A stretch of 47,616 nt of DNA, taken from a virus. Lineage: Duplodnaviria > Caudoviricetes. The DNA lies in the IMG/VR virus record IMGVR_UViG_3300037785_000058, positions 1-47,616 of that record; one strand, given 5' to 3'. Numbering within the stretch: the first letter of the stretch is position 1; each line of letters opens with the position of its first letter. Of the stretch, positions 35,160 through 43,391 are shown piece by piece. The notes under the pieces were generated by a model. That model saw nothing but the letters and a program-made list of their open reading frames with translations. It ran no database searches and was not told where the DNA came from. A program made the translations under genes and the position numbers.

Positions 35160-35567
35160 ATGAAGATACACGTAAGGGGCAAGACATATGATTCAGTGCG
35201 CGAAGCATCTGAGAAACTGAGGGTAGCTCCGAACACTATCTACGCTGCTCTTCACCGAGGCACCATAGACAACGTGGGCAGAGGTCAGGGGCGGGCGCCG
35301 AAAGAGTCACCCCGTAGGGGCGGGAGGCCACCCAAACCTTTCGCTATGGGGGGCGTCATATGGGGGTCTATGTCGGAGGCGAGTCTGGCTCTCGGGAAAT
35401 CCAAGACATACGTCGCTGTCACCCTGAAAAGGGGTGGTCCTGTTGCCAAAGGCCGCCTGTTACAATTGGTGATGCAGTACAAAGCGCGGCAAGAACACAA
35501 GGCATTCAAGGACCTAGACAAACAGATGTCCCGGGGTATTGACAAGCGTCACACAGGCGGAGGCTGA
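35160..35567 (+). CDS. DNA-binding protein with two NUMOD1/IENR1-like HTH modules
   Basis: GKTYDSVREASEKLRVAPNTIYAALHRG and GVIWGSMSEASLALGKSKTYVAVTLKRG. Confidence 0.7.
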   Translation: MKIHVRGKTYDSVREASEKLRVAPNTIYAALHRGTIDNVGRGQGRAPKESPRRGGRPPKPFAMGGVIWGSMSEASLALGKSKTYVAVTLKRGGPVAKGRLLQLVMQYKARQEHKAFKDLDKQMSRGIDKRHTGGG

Positions 35568-35568
35568 A

Positions 35569-35727
35569 ATGAACAACCAGCACGCGTCCAGCCAAGATCC
35601 CCGATCGTCACGACTCTACCTAGAGGTTGCTGCTCGCTTTCAAAAGCTGCATGGGCCTTCTGCCCGAATACGTCCGAAAGGAAACAGGCGGGCCAGCGCC
35701 GCCTACCGCGAGAAGGTGAAGCCATGA
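35569..35727 (+). CDS. Small hypothetical protein
   Basis: GGAGG RBS; ends in the shared AAYREKVKP block. Confidence 0.5.
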   Translation: MNNQHASSQDPRSSRLYLEVAARFQKLHGPSARIRPKGNRRASAAYREKVKP

Positions 35728-35981
35728 CCATCAGCATCAAGGAACTTAAGGCGACTGTAGAACGCAATAGTCAAGCTGACCGCTTCGATTTGGCAGACCT
35801 CGCCCCCGATATGGCCGAGGCGCTGATAGCGGCGGAAGGCCCGGCGCGCGCTCTAAAGGCATTTCTGCATGAAGGCTTTGCGGAAGTCGAACTGCGAAAA
35901 CGCTTTGATGGTGCCACGGTGAATGACATTTTGCAGGGCCGCGCTGCACTCGCCGCCTACCGCGAGAAGGCGAAGCCATGA
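35724..35981 (+). CDS. Hypothetical protein (MTISIKEL paralogue 1)
   Basis: ATGA coupling; shares blocks with 35978-36313. Confidence 0.7.
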   Translation: MTISIKELKATVERNSQADRFDLADLAPDMAEALIAAEGPARALKAFLHEGFAEVELRKRFDGATVNDILQGRAALAAYREKAKP

Positions 35982-36313
35982 CCATCAGCATCAAGGAACT
36001 GCGGGAGGCGAAGGACGGGGCGGCACCGGGGCCGTGGCCACGTGCGCCCATGTGGCCGGACATTCCGCTCTCCCTTTCCGGCATCACCGTTTCAATTTTT
36101 CCAAGGGGCCAAGGGGGGCAAGAGGCCGAGGCCAACACGCAGTTAGTTTTGTCGGCCCCCGACATGGCCGAGGCGCTGCTGGCGGCGAACGAAGCCATCG
36201 GGGCTTTGCTCCATGAGCGCGACCTCGCATGTCAGGACATGGGCCAGCAGCTTGCTGCCTCAAAGGCGGCTGACGAGGCCGTCGCCGCCTACCGCGAGAA
36301 GGTAAAGACATGA
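35978..36313 (+). CDS. Hypothetical protein (MTISIKEL paralogue 2; Ead/Ea22-like blocks)
   Basis: APGPW...EAEANTQLVLSAPDMAEAL. Confidence 0.7.
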   Translation: MTISIKELREAKDGAAPGPWPRAPMWPDIPLSLSGITVSIFPRGQGGQEAEANTQLVLSAPDMAEALLAANEAIGALLHERDLACQDMGQQLAASKAADEAVAAYREKVKT

Positions 36314-36322
36314 GAGGACAAA

Positions 36323-36511
36323 ATGAAAAATTTTCAAGAATGGCTTGAACGGGCAATGGAAAAAAACTTCGCTGTCGTTTTTCTTGTTGGGGCGTGCATG
36401 ATGATCGGGGCGTTTGGATTTGTTCTCTTGGTCACAGCCTCAAACGGGATGGCGTTGGCGCTGCCGTTTCTTGCAATTGCATGGCTTTACTACAAGGATA
36501 CAAAGAAATGA
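36323..36511 (+). CDS. Small membrane protein
   Basis: GAGGA RBS; two hydrophobic segments. Confidence 0.6.
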   Translation: MKNFQEWLERAMEKNFAVVFLVGACMMIGAFGFVLLVTASNGMALALPFLAIAWLYYKDTKK

Positions 36512-36762
36512 CCTATGCCCCCTGCGGCACGCCCCGCAATCACGCGGAAGAAATCGCCAACGCGCGATACGCTACGCAATACTTCGACTGCCCCGCCGAC
36601 GATCCGCGCGCCTCGCGCATCACGCCCGAGCAATCCGCCAGGATCGCGATGGCCCTCTGCGAATTGCACGATCCCCCCGATGACCTGCCGCCGCGCAACG
36701 TGTTCCGCTGGATCTGGCTCGGCGTGGCCGTGGTCGTGACAATGGTGTGGGGGATGTGGTGA
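36508..36762 (+). CDS. Hypothetical protein with a C-terminal transmembrane helix
   Basis: ATGA coupling; WIWLGVAVVVTMVWGMW. Confidence 0.55.
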   Translation: MTYAPCGTPRNHAEEIANARYATQYFDCPADDPRASRITPEQSARIAMALCELHDPPDDLPPRNVFRWIWLGVAVVVTMVWGMW

Positions 36763-37034
36763 TGTCGGATGCATTGAAGAAGTTTGTGAAACGAAGCAAG
36801 GCTGATCGACTGCGCTACATTAGCCTTTTGCCGGATGATGGCTGGTCATGGTGTGAAGGGTTGCCGGCCGGAGAAGACTGCCGGATTGAATATGTTCGGC
36901 GCGAAGACTTGATTGCCGCGCTCGCAGAGCGCGACGCGCTCAAGGCGGAGGTGGAGAGGCTGCGGGAGGTCGCAGAAGCTAAGATGGCAGAGGAAAAGAC
37001 CCGGCGCGCCGCCCTGAAAGGAGGTGCAGAATGA
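36762..37034 (+). CDS. Hypothetical protein
   Basis: TGATG coupling; coiled-coil AERDALKAEVERL. Confidence 0.6.
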   Translation: MSDALKKFVKRSKADRLRYISLLPDDGWSWCEGLPAGEDCRIEYVRREDLIAALAERDALKAEVERLREVAEAKMAEEKTRRAALKGGAE

Positions 37035-37447
37035 CCAACATGCCAGAACAGATATGGGTGGACGACGAACGCCCCGAGGGCGGCGAGGTGCATGTATGGG
37101 TCGATTTGCAGATGGCTGCCCGTGATTGTGCCACCGAATACGTCCGTAAGGATATAGCCGACGCCCGCGTGGCGGCTGCATACGAAGCGGCGGCGGTTAA
37201 GATTTCAGAAATGGGATTTACCGCTGCATCCCCGTCCATCCGCGCCCTTGCCACCGATGCCCAGACCGACGCGCTGGAGCGGGTGCGGGCGGAGGCTTGG
37301 CGGGCCGGATACAGCGCGGGCTTCTCTACGTCAGGAGAGGGCTGGAACGGGGAGTTTCCTTACGGAGATCGCGGGGCGAGGCCGGAAGACGATCCGGATT
37401 GGATCGAAACGATGGAGAAAGTCCGCGCGCAGGAAGGGGGCAAGTGA
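37031..37447 (+). CDS. Hypothetical protein
   Basis: AGGAGG RBS and ATGA coupling. Confidence 0.65.
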   Translation: MTNMPEQIWVDDERPEGGEVHVWVDLQMAARDCATEYVRKDIADARVAAAYEAAAVKISEMGFTAASPSIRALATDAQTDALERVRAEAWRAGYSAGFSTSGEGWNGEFPYGDRGARPEDDPDWIETMEKVRAQEGGK

Positions 37448-37629
37448 TGCGAGTCAAGGTCTGGATCGATGAAGGCAACCTGATCGTCAGAGTGGAGGCG
37501 TGGGACGAGAATGGGGACTTGGAGTATGACCAAGACATCATCCCCTGCGTTGACATCGTGCGGGCGGCCTTCGCGCCCCTGACGCCGGCAGTGCGCCGCG
37601 CCCTACTCGCGCAGGAAGGGGGTGAGTGA
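37447..37629 (+). CDS. Small hypothetical protein
   Basis: Bounded by family B repeats. Confidence 0.6.
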   Translation: MRVKVWIDEGNLIVRVEAWDENGDLEYDQDIIPCVDIVRAAFAPLTPAVRRALLAQEGGE

Positions 37630-37910
37630 TGCGAAACCCAAAATCATTCGAGGCACGCCGGGACGCCGCCATGGAGCGGGACGATCTGACATGGGCGGCG
37701 AAGATGCTGCCGAACGCGTCGTCGCCTCGGGTTGTGGAAATGGCGTTTCACAAAGCGAGACTGGAGACATTATCCGTTTCAGATGCCAAACGCAGGGCAT
37801 CCCTGCAATGGCTTCGTGAGCGTGGCCTGACGCGCCTTTCGGGCGAACCTCTGCCTGACGACATCCCCAGAGATGAGGATGCCCCCTGCCGCGCGCAGGA
37901 AGGGGGGTGA
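37629..37910 (+). CDS. Hypothetical protein
   Basis: Bounded by family B repeats. Confidence 0.6.
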   Translation: MRNPKSFEARRDAAMERDDLTWAAKMLPNASSPRVVEMAFHKARLETLSVSDAKRRASLQWLRERGLTRLSGEPLPDDIPRDEDAPCRAQEGG

Positions 37911-37913
37911 GTG

Positions 37914-38231
37914 ATGGGCGGAAAGAAACCCAAGGTTCGTTGCGGGCTCTTTACTCAAAGGGACATTCTTCCCGGCGATGTGATTGAATGGTCCGTCGCC
38001 GTCAAGATGAACCACCTTGACTTATTCGCTACGACCATCGCGGCGGGCAAGGACACGGTAGTAGAGGTGAAGGATTGGTCCGTGAAGACTACGAACCGTA
38101 GCTTTTCGTTCTCGGAACTGCGTGGGGAAGAGCCAAACGTCAATTGCCGCATTTTCCCCGGCGGAAAGAACTACGCGGCTCCCCGAGAGAACCTGATACT
38201 GAAGTTCTTTGGAATTGAGGGCCGCCCATGA
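37914..38231 (+). CDS. Hypothetical protein
   Basis: Start lies within a family B repeat. Confidence 0.6.
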   Translation: MGGKKPKVRCGLFTQRDILPGDVIEWSVAVKMNHLDLFATTIAAGKDTVVEVKDWSVKTTNRSFSFSELRGEEPNVNCRIFPGGKNYAAPRENLILKFFGIEGRP

Positions 38232-38461
38232 CCGCCCCGCGCCCCGTCGCATACGAGAGCGAGAAAGTTGGCTGGTTTCGCCGCTGGACCAACCGCAGGC
38301 GCGGCCTGCCCGAATATACGTGCCACATAGACTGGCCCCGCTCCGACCACCCCGATATGCGGCAGGGCATGGCCTTCTGCCGCTACTGCGGTGGGCTTCA
38401 CCGGACGCGCAGTCGGCTGTCCGAGCAGGCGTTGGACGAGTTGATTGGTGGCCGTCGATGA
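38228..38461 (+). CDS. Small Cys/His-containing protein
   Basis: ATGA coupling; C..H...FCRYCG. Confidence 0.55.
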   Translation: MTAPRPVAYESEKVGWFRRWTNRRRGLPEYTCHIDWPRSDHPDMRQGMAFCRYCGGLHRTRSRLSEQALDELIGGRR

Positions 38462-38491
38462 CCGCGCCCATAACAGGACTAGGAGACAACG

Positions 38492-38824
38492 ATGACCGAT
38501 GACGCCAAGGCCCCACTCTACACGCTGACGATCACTTCGGGCGGTCACTCCGGCCCCGGTGGCGGTGGCGGCAAGGTCGTCCAGCAGCTCGGGCCATTCG
38601 CCGCCTATCCGGACTACGCCGCCGTGGTGGCCGAGCGCGATGCGCTCAAGGCCCAGATCGTCACGGCCACGGCGTTGGCGGAGGCGGCAAGGGCGCTAAG
38701 CGGCGTGTCGATCCCAGAGGAGCCGCAGGCCGTTCTGGTGCCCAAAGTTCTCCTTGCCGATTTGAAGGATCGATTGCGGCGATTCGCTGCGCTGCGCGGC
38801 ATCGACCTAGGCGAGCGCGGCTGA
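38492..38824 (+). CDS. Hypothetical protein
   Basis: AGGAG RBS; AERDALKA block. Confidence 0.65.
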   Translation: MTDDAKAPLYTLTITSGGHSGPGGGGGKVVQQLGPFAAYPDYAAVVAERDALKAQIVTATALAEAARALSGVSIPEEPQAVLVPKVLLADLKDRLRRFAALRGIDLGERG

Positions 38825-38828
38825 GCAT

Positions 38829-38862
38829 AAAAAAGCCCGGCGCCTCGAAGTGAGGGCCGGGC
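38829..38862 (-). terminator. Intrinsic terminator ending the late operon
   Basis: Minus strand GCCCGGC...GCCGGGC-TTTTTT at the point where the two transcription directions converge. Confidence 0.75.
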
Positions 38863-38924
38863 CAGTTGCAGGCAGGTAGCCGGTAGAGCGACCGGCGGCG
38901 CAGCACCGCCCACCCGGGCGGCGA

Positions 38925-39317
38925 TCACTTGATAACGCCTCGCACCAGCGCGACAGCTTGCCCGATCTTGCTCTCGGCAAGAACCTGAAGTTGCCGGTCG
39001 GTAAGCCCCCGGGCCGCTACGCTGTCACCCGCGCCGTCAGCCTTCGCCCAGCCGATCGCTTCTCGAATCGCTCGCTCGCGCTCTGCGATGTCCGCAAGGT
39101 TGAATTCCGGCCCGCGCTTGCTGATTTCTTTCAGAAGGCCGGTCATGATTGCGCTGTGAATGCGGGCCGTCTGCCGGTCGGCGATCTCGAAGCCCGTCTT
39201 GGCCTCAATCTCCCGCTCGATCCGCTTGATGACGAGGCGCAACGCGAAACCGAGGGCCACGAGGACGGTTCCGACGACGGCTTCGATGGTCTCGGGGCTA
39301 GTGAGCATGTCCAGCAT
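38925..39317 (-). CDS. Putative holin (single N-terminal TM helix, LL-H-like layout)
   Basis: Hydrophobic AVVGTVLVALGFALRLVI followed by a charged helical tail; downstream of the endolysin. Confidence 0.5.
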   Translation of the reverse strand: MLDMLTSPETIEAVVGTVLVALGFALRLVIKRIEREIEAKTGFEIADRQTARIHSAIMTGLLKEISKRGPEFNLADIAERERAIREAIGWAKADGAGDSVAARGLTDRQLQVLAESKIGQAVALVRGVIK

Positions 39318-39320
39318 GGG

Positions 39321-39512
39321 TCAGGCCTCCCCGACTACGGCAGGCGGGATCTCCTGCGTCTGCAGCGACGGGTAGCCTTCGGGCTTCAACAGGAAGACGC
39401 GGGTGGGGGTCAGTACGTCAATCTTGGCTTTGATGCGCGCCCATTCCTCAGGTGTTGGTGCCTCCTGAATGTTCATGCACTCGATGAAGCCTTGGAATTT
39501 GTTAACGGTCAT
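39321..39512 (-). CDS. Small hypothetical protein
   Basis: AAGGAG RBS; ATGA overlap with the amidase stop. Confidence 0.55.
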   Translation of the reverse strand: MTVNKFQGFIECMNIQEAPTPEEWARIKAKIDVLTPTRVFLLKPEGYPSLQTQEIPPAVVGEA

Positions 39513-40237
39513 TTGTTGTCTCCTTTCGAGACCATGTGGAAAATCTCGGCCAGCTTCCACCGCTGCCGCTTAACGTCGTCTGGGAGGTCGGGGGAGTAGC
39601 CGGTTGCGAGGGCGGCGACGCAGGCGTCACCGATTTCTTCCATGGTGTCGGCCAACCGCTGACGGTGTGCGTCCATAGGGTCTACTTCTTCCGGCTGCAC
39701 CACCATGCCCGCGCCTAGGAAGGCCCGTGCGCCGTTCAGTATGGCCACTGCCAGTTCGTCCATCCGCGCTCCCGCCAACCTGCACTCGGCAGCATTGGTT
39801 CCAAAATACGGCTCGATCAGCGCCGTGGGTTGGCTGGTCTGGTTCACTGCCGTGGACCCTCGCCCGTTGTACCGTGGCTTGAGGCCGCGATCCCTGTTGC
39901 CCAGGGTGCTTTGAATGCTGTGCTGGAGTTTGGCAGCTAGAGCCTTGCTTGCGGCGGACCTCCCGTAAATGGTCTCGCAGCCGTGGGAGGAAGAATACTC
40001 CGAACCGTTGAAGTGCATCTCCACGGCGCAGGCTGGTCGCCACGCCGCGACTTCTCGGTAAACACGACCGATCTCCCCCGGACCCGGAGTGCGCCGAAAT
40101 ATACGGATATTGCCCGGGTCCAGAGCATGTATACGATCGGCGATCTTGCCGTTCCAGACATACTCCGATTCCCCGTCAGTGACCCGGCGAGCCCCCTGAG
40201 ATTGTGGATTGTGTCCTATGACTAGGGCAATACGCAT
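39509..40237 (-). CDS. Endolysin, N-acetylmuramoyl-L-alanine amidase (Amidase_3)
   Basis: Zn ligands in IALVIGHN, GESEY, EMHFNG and the catalytic LIEPYF. Confidence 0.9.
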   Translation of the reverse strand: MRIALVIGHNPQSQGARRVTDGESEYVWNGKIADRIHALDPGNIRIFRRTPGPGEIGRVYREVAAWRPACAVEMHFNGSEYSSSHGCETIYGRSAASKALAAKLQHSIQSTLGNRDRGLKPRYNGRGSTAVNQTSQPTALIEPYFGTNAAECRLAGARMDELAVAILNGARAFLGAGMVVQPEEVDPMDAHRQRLADTMEEIGDACVAALATGYSPDLPDDVKRQRWKLAEIFHMVSKGDNK

Positions 40238-40265
40238 GGTGTCTCCATAAGTGGGCGTGTTTCGT

Positions 40266-40541
40266 TTATCTCACTTGCACGTTGATGGTTACTGACTGAT
40301 CGAAAGTTCTCCCGCCAGCAGTAGTTATTCTATTGGTCAGAGTGTGGCTGCCAATTTCGCCGTTGCTTAGCCAAACCGTCGTCACCGTGTCAGTAGTAGA
40401 GTCACTGTCTTTGGTGATTTCAGCGGGAACCAGCCACAGACTTGTCACAATGGTGTCTTCTGGAGCCAGCACTAGGCTCCAGTCGAATTGATAATCCAGG
40501 ACTTCATTCGGGTCTTTGGGGACGAAGGTCAAAATGGCCAC
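40266..40541 (-). CDS. Fibre-to-virion adaptor-like small structural protein
   Basis: KDPNEVLDYQFDW...TVWLS.G...TNRITTAGGRT. Confidence 0.65.
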   Translation of the reverse strand: MAILTFVPKDPNEVLDYQFDWSLVLAPEDTIVTSLWLVPAEITKDSDSTTDTVTTVWLSNGEIGSHTLTNRITTAGGRTFDQSVTINVQVR

Positions 40542-40544
40542 GAG

Positions 40545-42161
40545 TCATACTCCTCTGATTGGAACGACCACTGTTCTGGGGCGGGCGGCCACGGTCACTG
40601 TTCTGCTCGGACGTTCTGGGACTTCTACTACTCGACTGGGGCGTGCTGGGATTTGAACGATTCGCCAGTCAGGGGTCAGAAAGACTACGATGGAGCCGGT
40701 GGCTCTGGCAGCAGGGGCCGTCGCTGCGCCCGCGCCAATTACTTCCCGCTCACCTACGCCCGAAGCAGAAGCCGGGAAAGCGACGGCTGCGCCCTCCCCT
40801 ACAATCTCTCTTTTCCCGACGCCCGAAACTTGCGCTGCAGGGGCAGTACCGCCCCCGGAGCCGACCGCCCCCCGCTTACCTACACCCGAAACTTGTACTG
40901 CAGGGGCCGTCGCTGCGCCCGAGCCGACTACCTCCCGCTCACCTACGCCCGAGGCTGTGGCCGCTGGGCCAACTGCTGAGCCCGTTGGGTTGACGGCATC
41001 GGCCCCGGTCCCCGAGCCTGTGGAGGTCGCGGCAGGGGCCGTTGCAGCGCCCGTACCGACGACCTCGCGCTCTGCGGTGCCTGCGGCAGTCGCCGGGGCC
41101 GACGCAACGAGCTGAGCGCCCGTACCGACGACCTCGCGCTCTGCGGTGCCTGCGGCAGTCGCCGGGGCCGACGCAACGAGCTGAGCGCCCGTGCCGACCG
41201 CCTCGCGCTCGCCTGTGCCGCTCGCCGTCGCCGGGGCCGACGCAACGAGCTGAGCGCCCGTGCCCGTGACCTCGCGCTCGCCTGTGCCGCTCGCCGTCGC
41301 CGCAGGGGCCGTCGCCGCTCCGGTAACCTCGGCGGCCACCGTCGTCTCGACGCGCAGGATAACGACGCCCGAGCCGCCGTCGCCTCCTCCGCTGCCGGTG
41401 TCACCACCACCGCCGCCGCCCCCGAGACCGTCCGTGCCGGGCAGGCCTGTGTCGTCGAGTGTGACGCCCCCGCCTCCGCCGAGGCCCCCGTTACCGCCAA
41501 CGCCCCGACCGCCGCCTCCGCTGCCGCCCCCGGCGTAATACGTCGACACGCCGGTGATCGAACTAGGGAGACCGTCGCCACCGTCTCCGTAGAACCCGTT
41601 AACAGCATCAGCGTCACCGCCCGGGAAGCCCGCGCCGCCGCCCCCGCCACCGTAAGCGTTTGCATCCTCGTTGCCGCGCCCCCCGGCGTTGCCCTGCCCC
41701 GGCGTGCCGGGGCTTCCCAGCGCACCGCCGCTTCTGCCGGAACCACCACCCCCGGAGCCACCCGTGCCGCCAGATTTCAGAGAGAACGCGTCGCCACCGA
41801 AGCCACCGCCCAGAGCGACGACCAAGGCCCCGATGGAGCTGTCGCTGCCGGATGTGCCGGTGTTCGCGCTACCAGCAGCGCCGCCAATGCCGCCCGGGCC
41901 GACCGTGATGGCATATGACTGCGCCGAGACTGCGACCGTTCCTTCGAGCATCCCGCCCGCGCCGCCGCCCCCGACGGAGAGGTTCGCGTTCGAGCCGCCG
42001 CCGCCACCGCCGACGACCAGATACTCGACGTCGCCACCGGCAGAGAACTCGATGGTCCCGCCCGCCGTCGAGCTGAAGGTGTAGACGTCGAAGGTCTGCG
42101 ACCCGACCGTGATCGAGGTGAGGGCGGCGCCAGAGAATGAGGAGACGACGGCTGCGGGCAC
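40545..42161 (-). CDS. Glycine-rich virion fibre/spike protein with tandem repeats
   Basis: N-terminal Gly-rich domain (VEYLVVGGGGGG...YYAGGG...GGSGVVILR), then 23-aa and 20-aa repeats. Confidence 0.75.
   Translation of the reverse strand: MPAAVVSSFSGAALTSITVGSQTFDVYTFSSTAGGTIEFSAGGDVEYLVVGGGGGGSNANLSVGGGGAGGMLEGTVAVSAQSYAITVGPGGIGGAAGSANTGTSGSDSSIGALVVALGGGFGGDAFSLKSGGTGGSGGGGSGRSGGALGSPGTPGQGNAGGRGNEDANAYGGGGGGAGFPGGDADAVNGFYGDGGDGLPSSITGVSTYYAGGGSGGGGRGVGGNGGLGGGGGVTLDDTGLPGTDGLGGGGGGGDTGSGGGDGGSGVVILRVETTVAAEVTGAATAPAATASGTGEREVTGTGAQLVASAPATASGTGEREAVGTGAQLVASAPATAAGTAEREVVGTGAQLVASAPATAAGTAEREVVGTGAATAPAATSTGSGTGADAVNPTGSAVGPAATASGVGEREVVGSGAATAPAVQVSGVGKRGAVGSGGGTAPAAQVSGVGKREIVGEGAAVAFPASASGVGEREVIGAGAATAPAARATGSIVVFLTPDWRIVQIPARPSRVVEVPERPSRTVTVAARPRTVVVPIRGV
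41047..41300. repeat. 69-bp in-frame tandem repeats (about 3.5 copies)
   Basis: GCCGGGGCCGACGCAACGAGCTGAGCGCCCGT at 41092, 41161 and 41230. Confidence 0.9.
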
Positions 42162-42494
42162 TTATTCGCTCCTGAACACGAAGGCGTCGGGGTCCGGTTC
42201 CACAACGATGGCCGGGTAATCTTCCGACCACGCGTATCCCAATCCGGGGCGCGTCTTAATTGCGCCGGAGAGACCAATCTTTTGCAGTTCCCGGCGGATC
42301 AGCTTCACGCGGCTGTCTACGGAGCGATCGTCGCACTTCTCGGACATACCGAGAATGTCCATCAGCTGAACGCGCGAGTAGACCGTGCCGGGATACCTTG
42401 CCATGACTCTCGCCAGAGCAAAGCACCCGCGCGACGGCTCGATGGACTGCCCCTCGTACTCGATCTGCACTTTATTACAGTCCACCCTGACCAT
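42162..42494 (-). CDS. Stand-alone OmpR/PhoB-type winged-helix DNA-binding domain (ChvI-like)
   Basis: ARYPGTVYSRVQLMD...DDRSVDSRVKLIRREL...IKTRPGLGYAW; no receiver domain. Confidence 0.85.
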   Translation of the reverse strand: MVRVDCNKVQIEYEGQSIEPSRGCFALARVMARYPGTVYSRVQLMDILGMSEKCDDRSVDSRVKLIRRELQKIGLSGAIKTRPGLGYAWSEDYPAIVVEPDPDAFVFRSE

Positions 42495-42496
42495 TC

Positions 42497-42982
42497 CTAG
42501 GCCCCCACCGCCTCGAACGCAGCCTGCAGATCCGCCAGAGCGGCGGACGTCCGCAGAGGGTTCGCGTAGGTCGCCGGAATGAAGGCCCCGCGCTCGATGA
42601 AGGGAACGGTCACGCCGCCGAGATTGCGGGTCTTCACGGCAATCAGGCTGCTGGAGGGAATCGCCGCGAACGTGGCGGTCACCTCCGCGTGGAATGCAGC
42701 CGCCTTGGTCTCGATGTCCTCCAGCTTGACTTGGAAGTCCGCCAGCGTGGCGGGGCCTCCCATCTTGGCCATGAACTCCTCCGCGCCTGTGGGGGCCTTG
42801 CCGCCCTCGGCCAGCGCCGCGAGGGCGTTCACCTTGGAGTCGGACAGCCCCTGATAGACAAGGTCCAGATCTCGAAACGTAAGGTCTCCGGAGGAGGTGC
42901 GCACGTGGCGAAGGGCCTCGCCAGCCCGCAGGACAGCATCGGCTGCGGCGGACATCACTGTAGGGAAACGGGAGAGTGCCAT
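42497..42982 (-). CDS. Hypothetical protein
   Basis: 161-aa ORF tightly packed in the late operon. Confidence 0.65.
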   Translation of the reverse strand: MALSRFPTVMSAAADAVLRAGEALRHVRTSSGDLTFRDLDLVYQGLSDSKVNALAALAEGGKAPTGAEEFMAKMGGPATLADFQVKLEDIETKAAAFHAEVTATFAAIPSSSLIAVKTRNLGGVTVPFIERGAFIPATYANPLRTSAALADLQAAFEAVGA

Positions 42983-42985
42983 GGG

Positions 42986-43372
42986 TTAGCTCGCCGGGTG
43001 AGTGTAGGTGAGGGATTCGAGCCGAGCGGTATCGCCCGCGCCGAGGGTGAGGCTCGCGGTGCTGGGGAACGTAATGTCGCCCCCGCCCCCGGTCTCCGTC
43101 ACGGTGAAGGTCACCACAACGTTTCCGGCGCTATCCTTGGCCACCGCTTTCGCAATGGTGCCGCCCGTGGCGTTCGTGTCGGATGTGATGGCGTTTGCGG
43201 TTGCCGTGCCGTTGGCAGCGTCGCCGAAGGCGGGATCGGAGAAGGTCAGCGTTGCCACCTCCACGTCAGCCGATGTCTGGTACTCCAGAGTTCCGGCACC
43301 GGCCCCGGCGTCTATCAGGTCAACGACCGCGTTGCAGGCGGCGTTCTGTGCGGCTACGCTAAGAGTTGTCAT
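42986..43372 (-). CDS. Small virion structural protein
   Basis: Ala/Gly/Thr-rich; QNAACNAVVDLID...LTFSDPAF...; AAGGA RBS. Confidence 0.7.
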   Translation of the reverse strand: MTTLSVAAQNAACNAVVDLIDAGAGAGTLEYQTSADVEVATLTFSDPAFGDAANGTATANAITSDTNATGGTIAKAVAKDSAGNVVVTFTVTETGGGGDITFPSTASLTLGAGDTARLESLTYTHPAS

Positions 43373-43391
43373 TCGGGCATTCCTTTCGTTT

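Larger units (their letters stand above)
35697..36313 (+). repeat. Gene-boundary direct repeat family A
   Basis: 50-bp copies at 35697-35746 and 35951-36000 (1 mismatch); partial copy at 36283-36313. Confidence 0.9.
37426..37916 (+). repeat. Gene-boundary direct repeat family B
   Basis: CGCGCAGGAAGGGGG..AGTGATG at 37426-37449, 37608-37631 and 37892-37916. Confidence 0.85.

Noticed and set aside
35160-35567. Homing endonuclease
   Set aside because: Only NUMOD1-like HTH modules are present; no HNH or GIY-YIG catalytic motif.
35697-37916. Integron attC sites or a CRISPR array
   Set aside because: The repeats are coding, non-palindromic gene-junction sequences. No integrase or cas gene is present.
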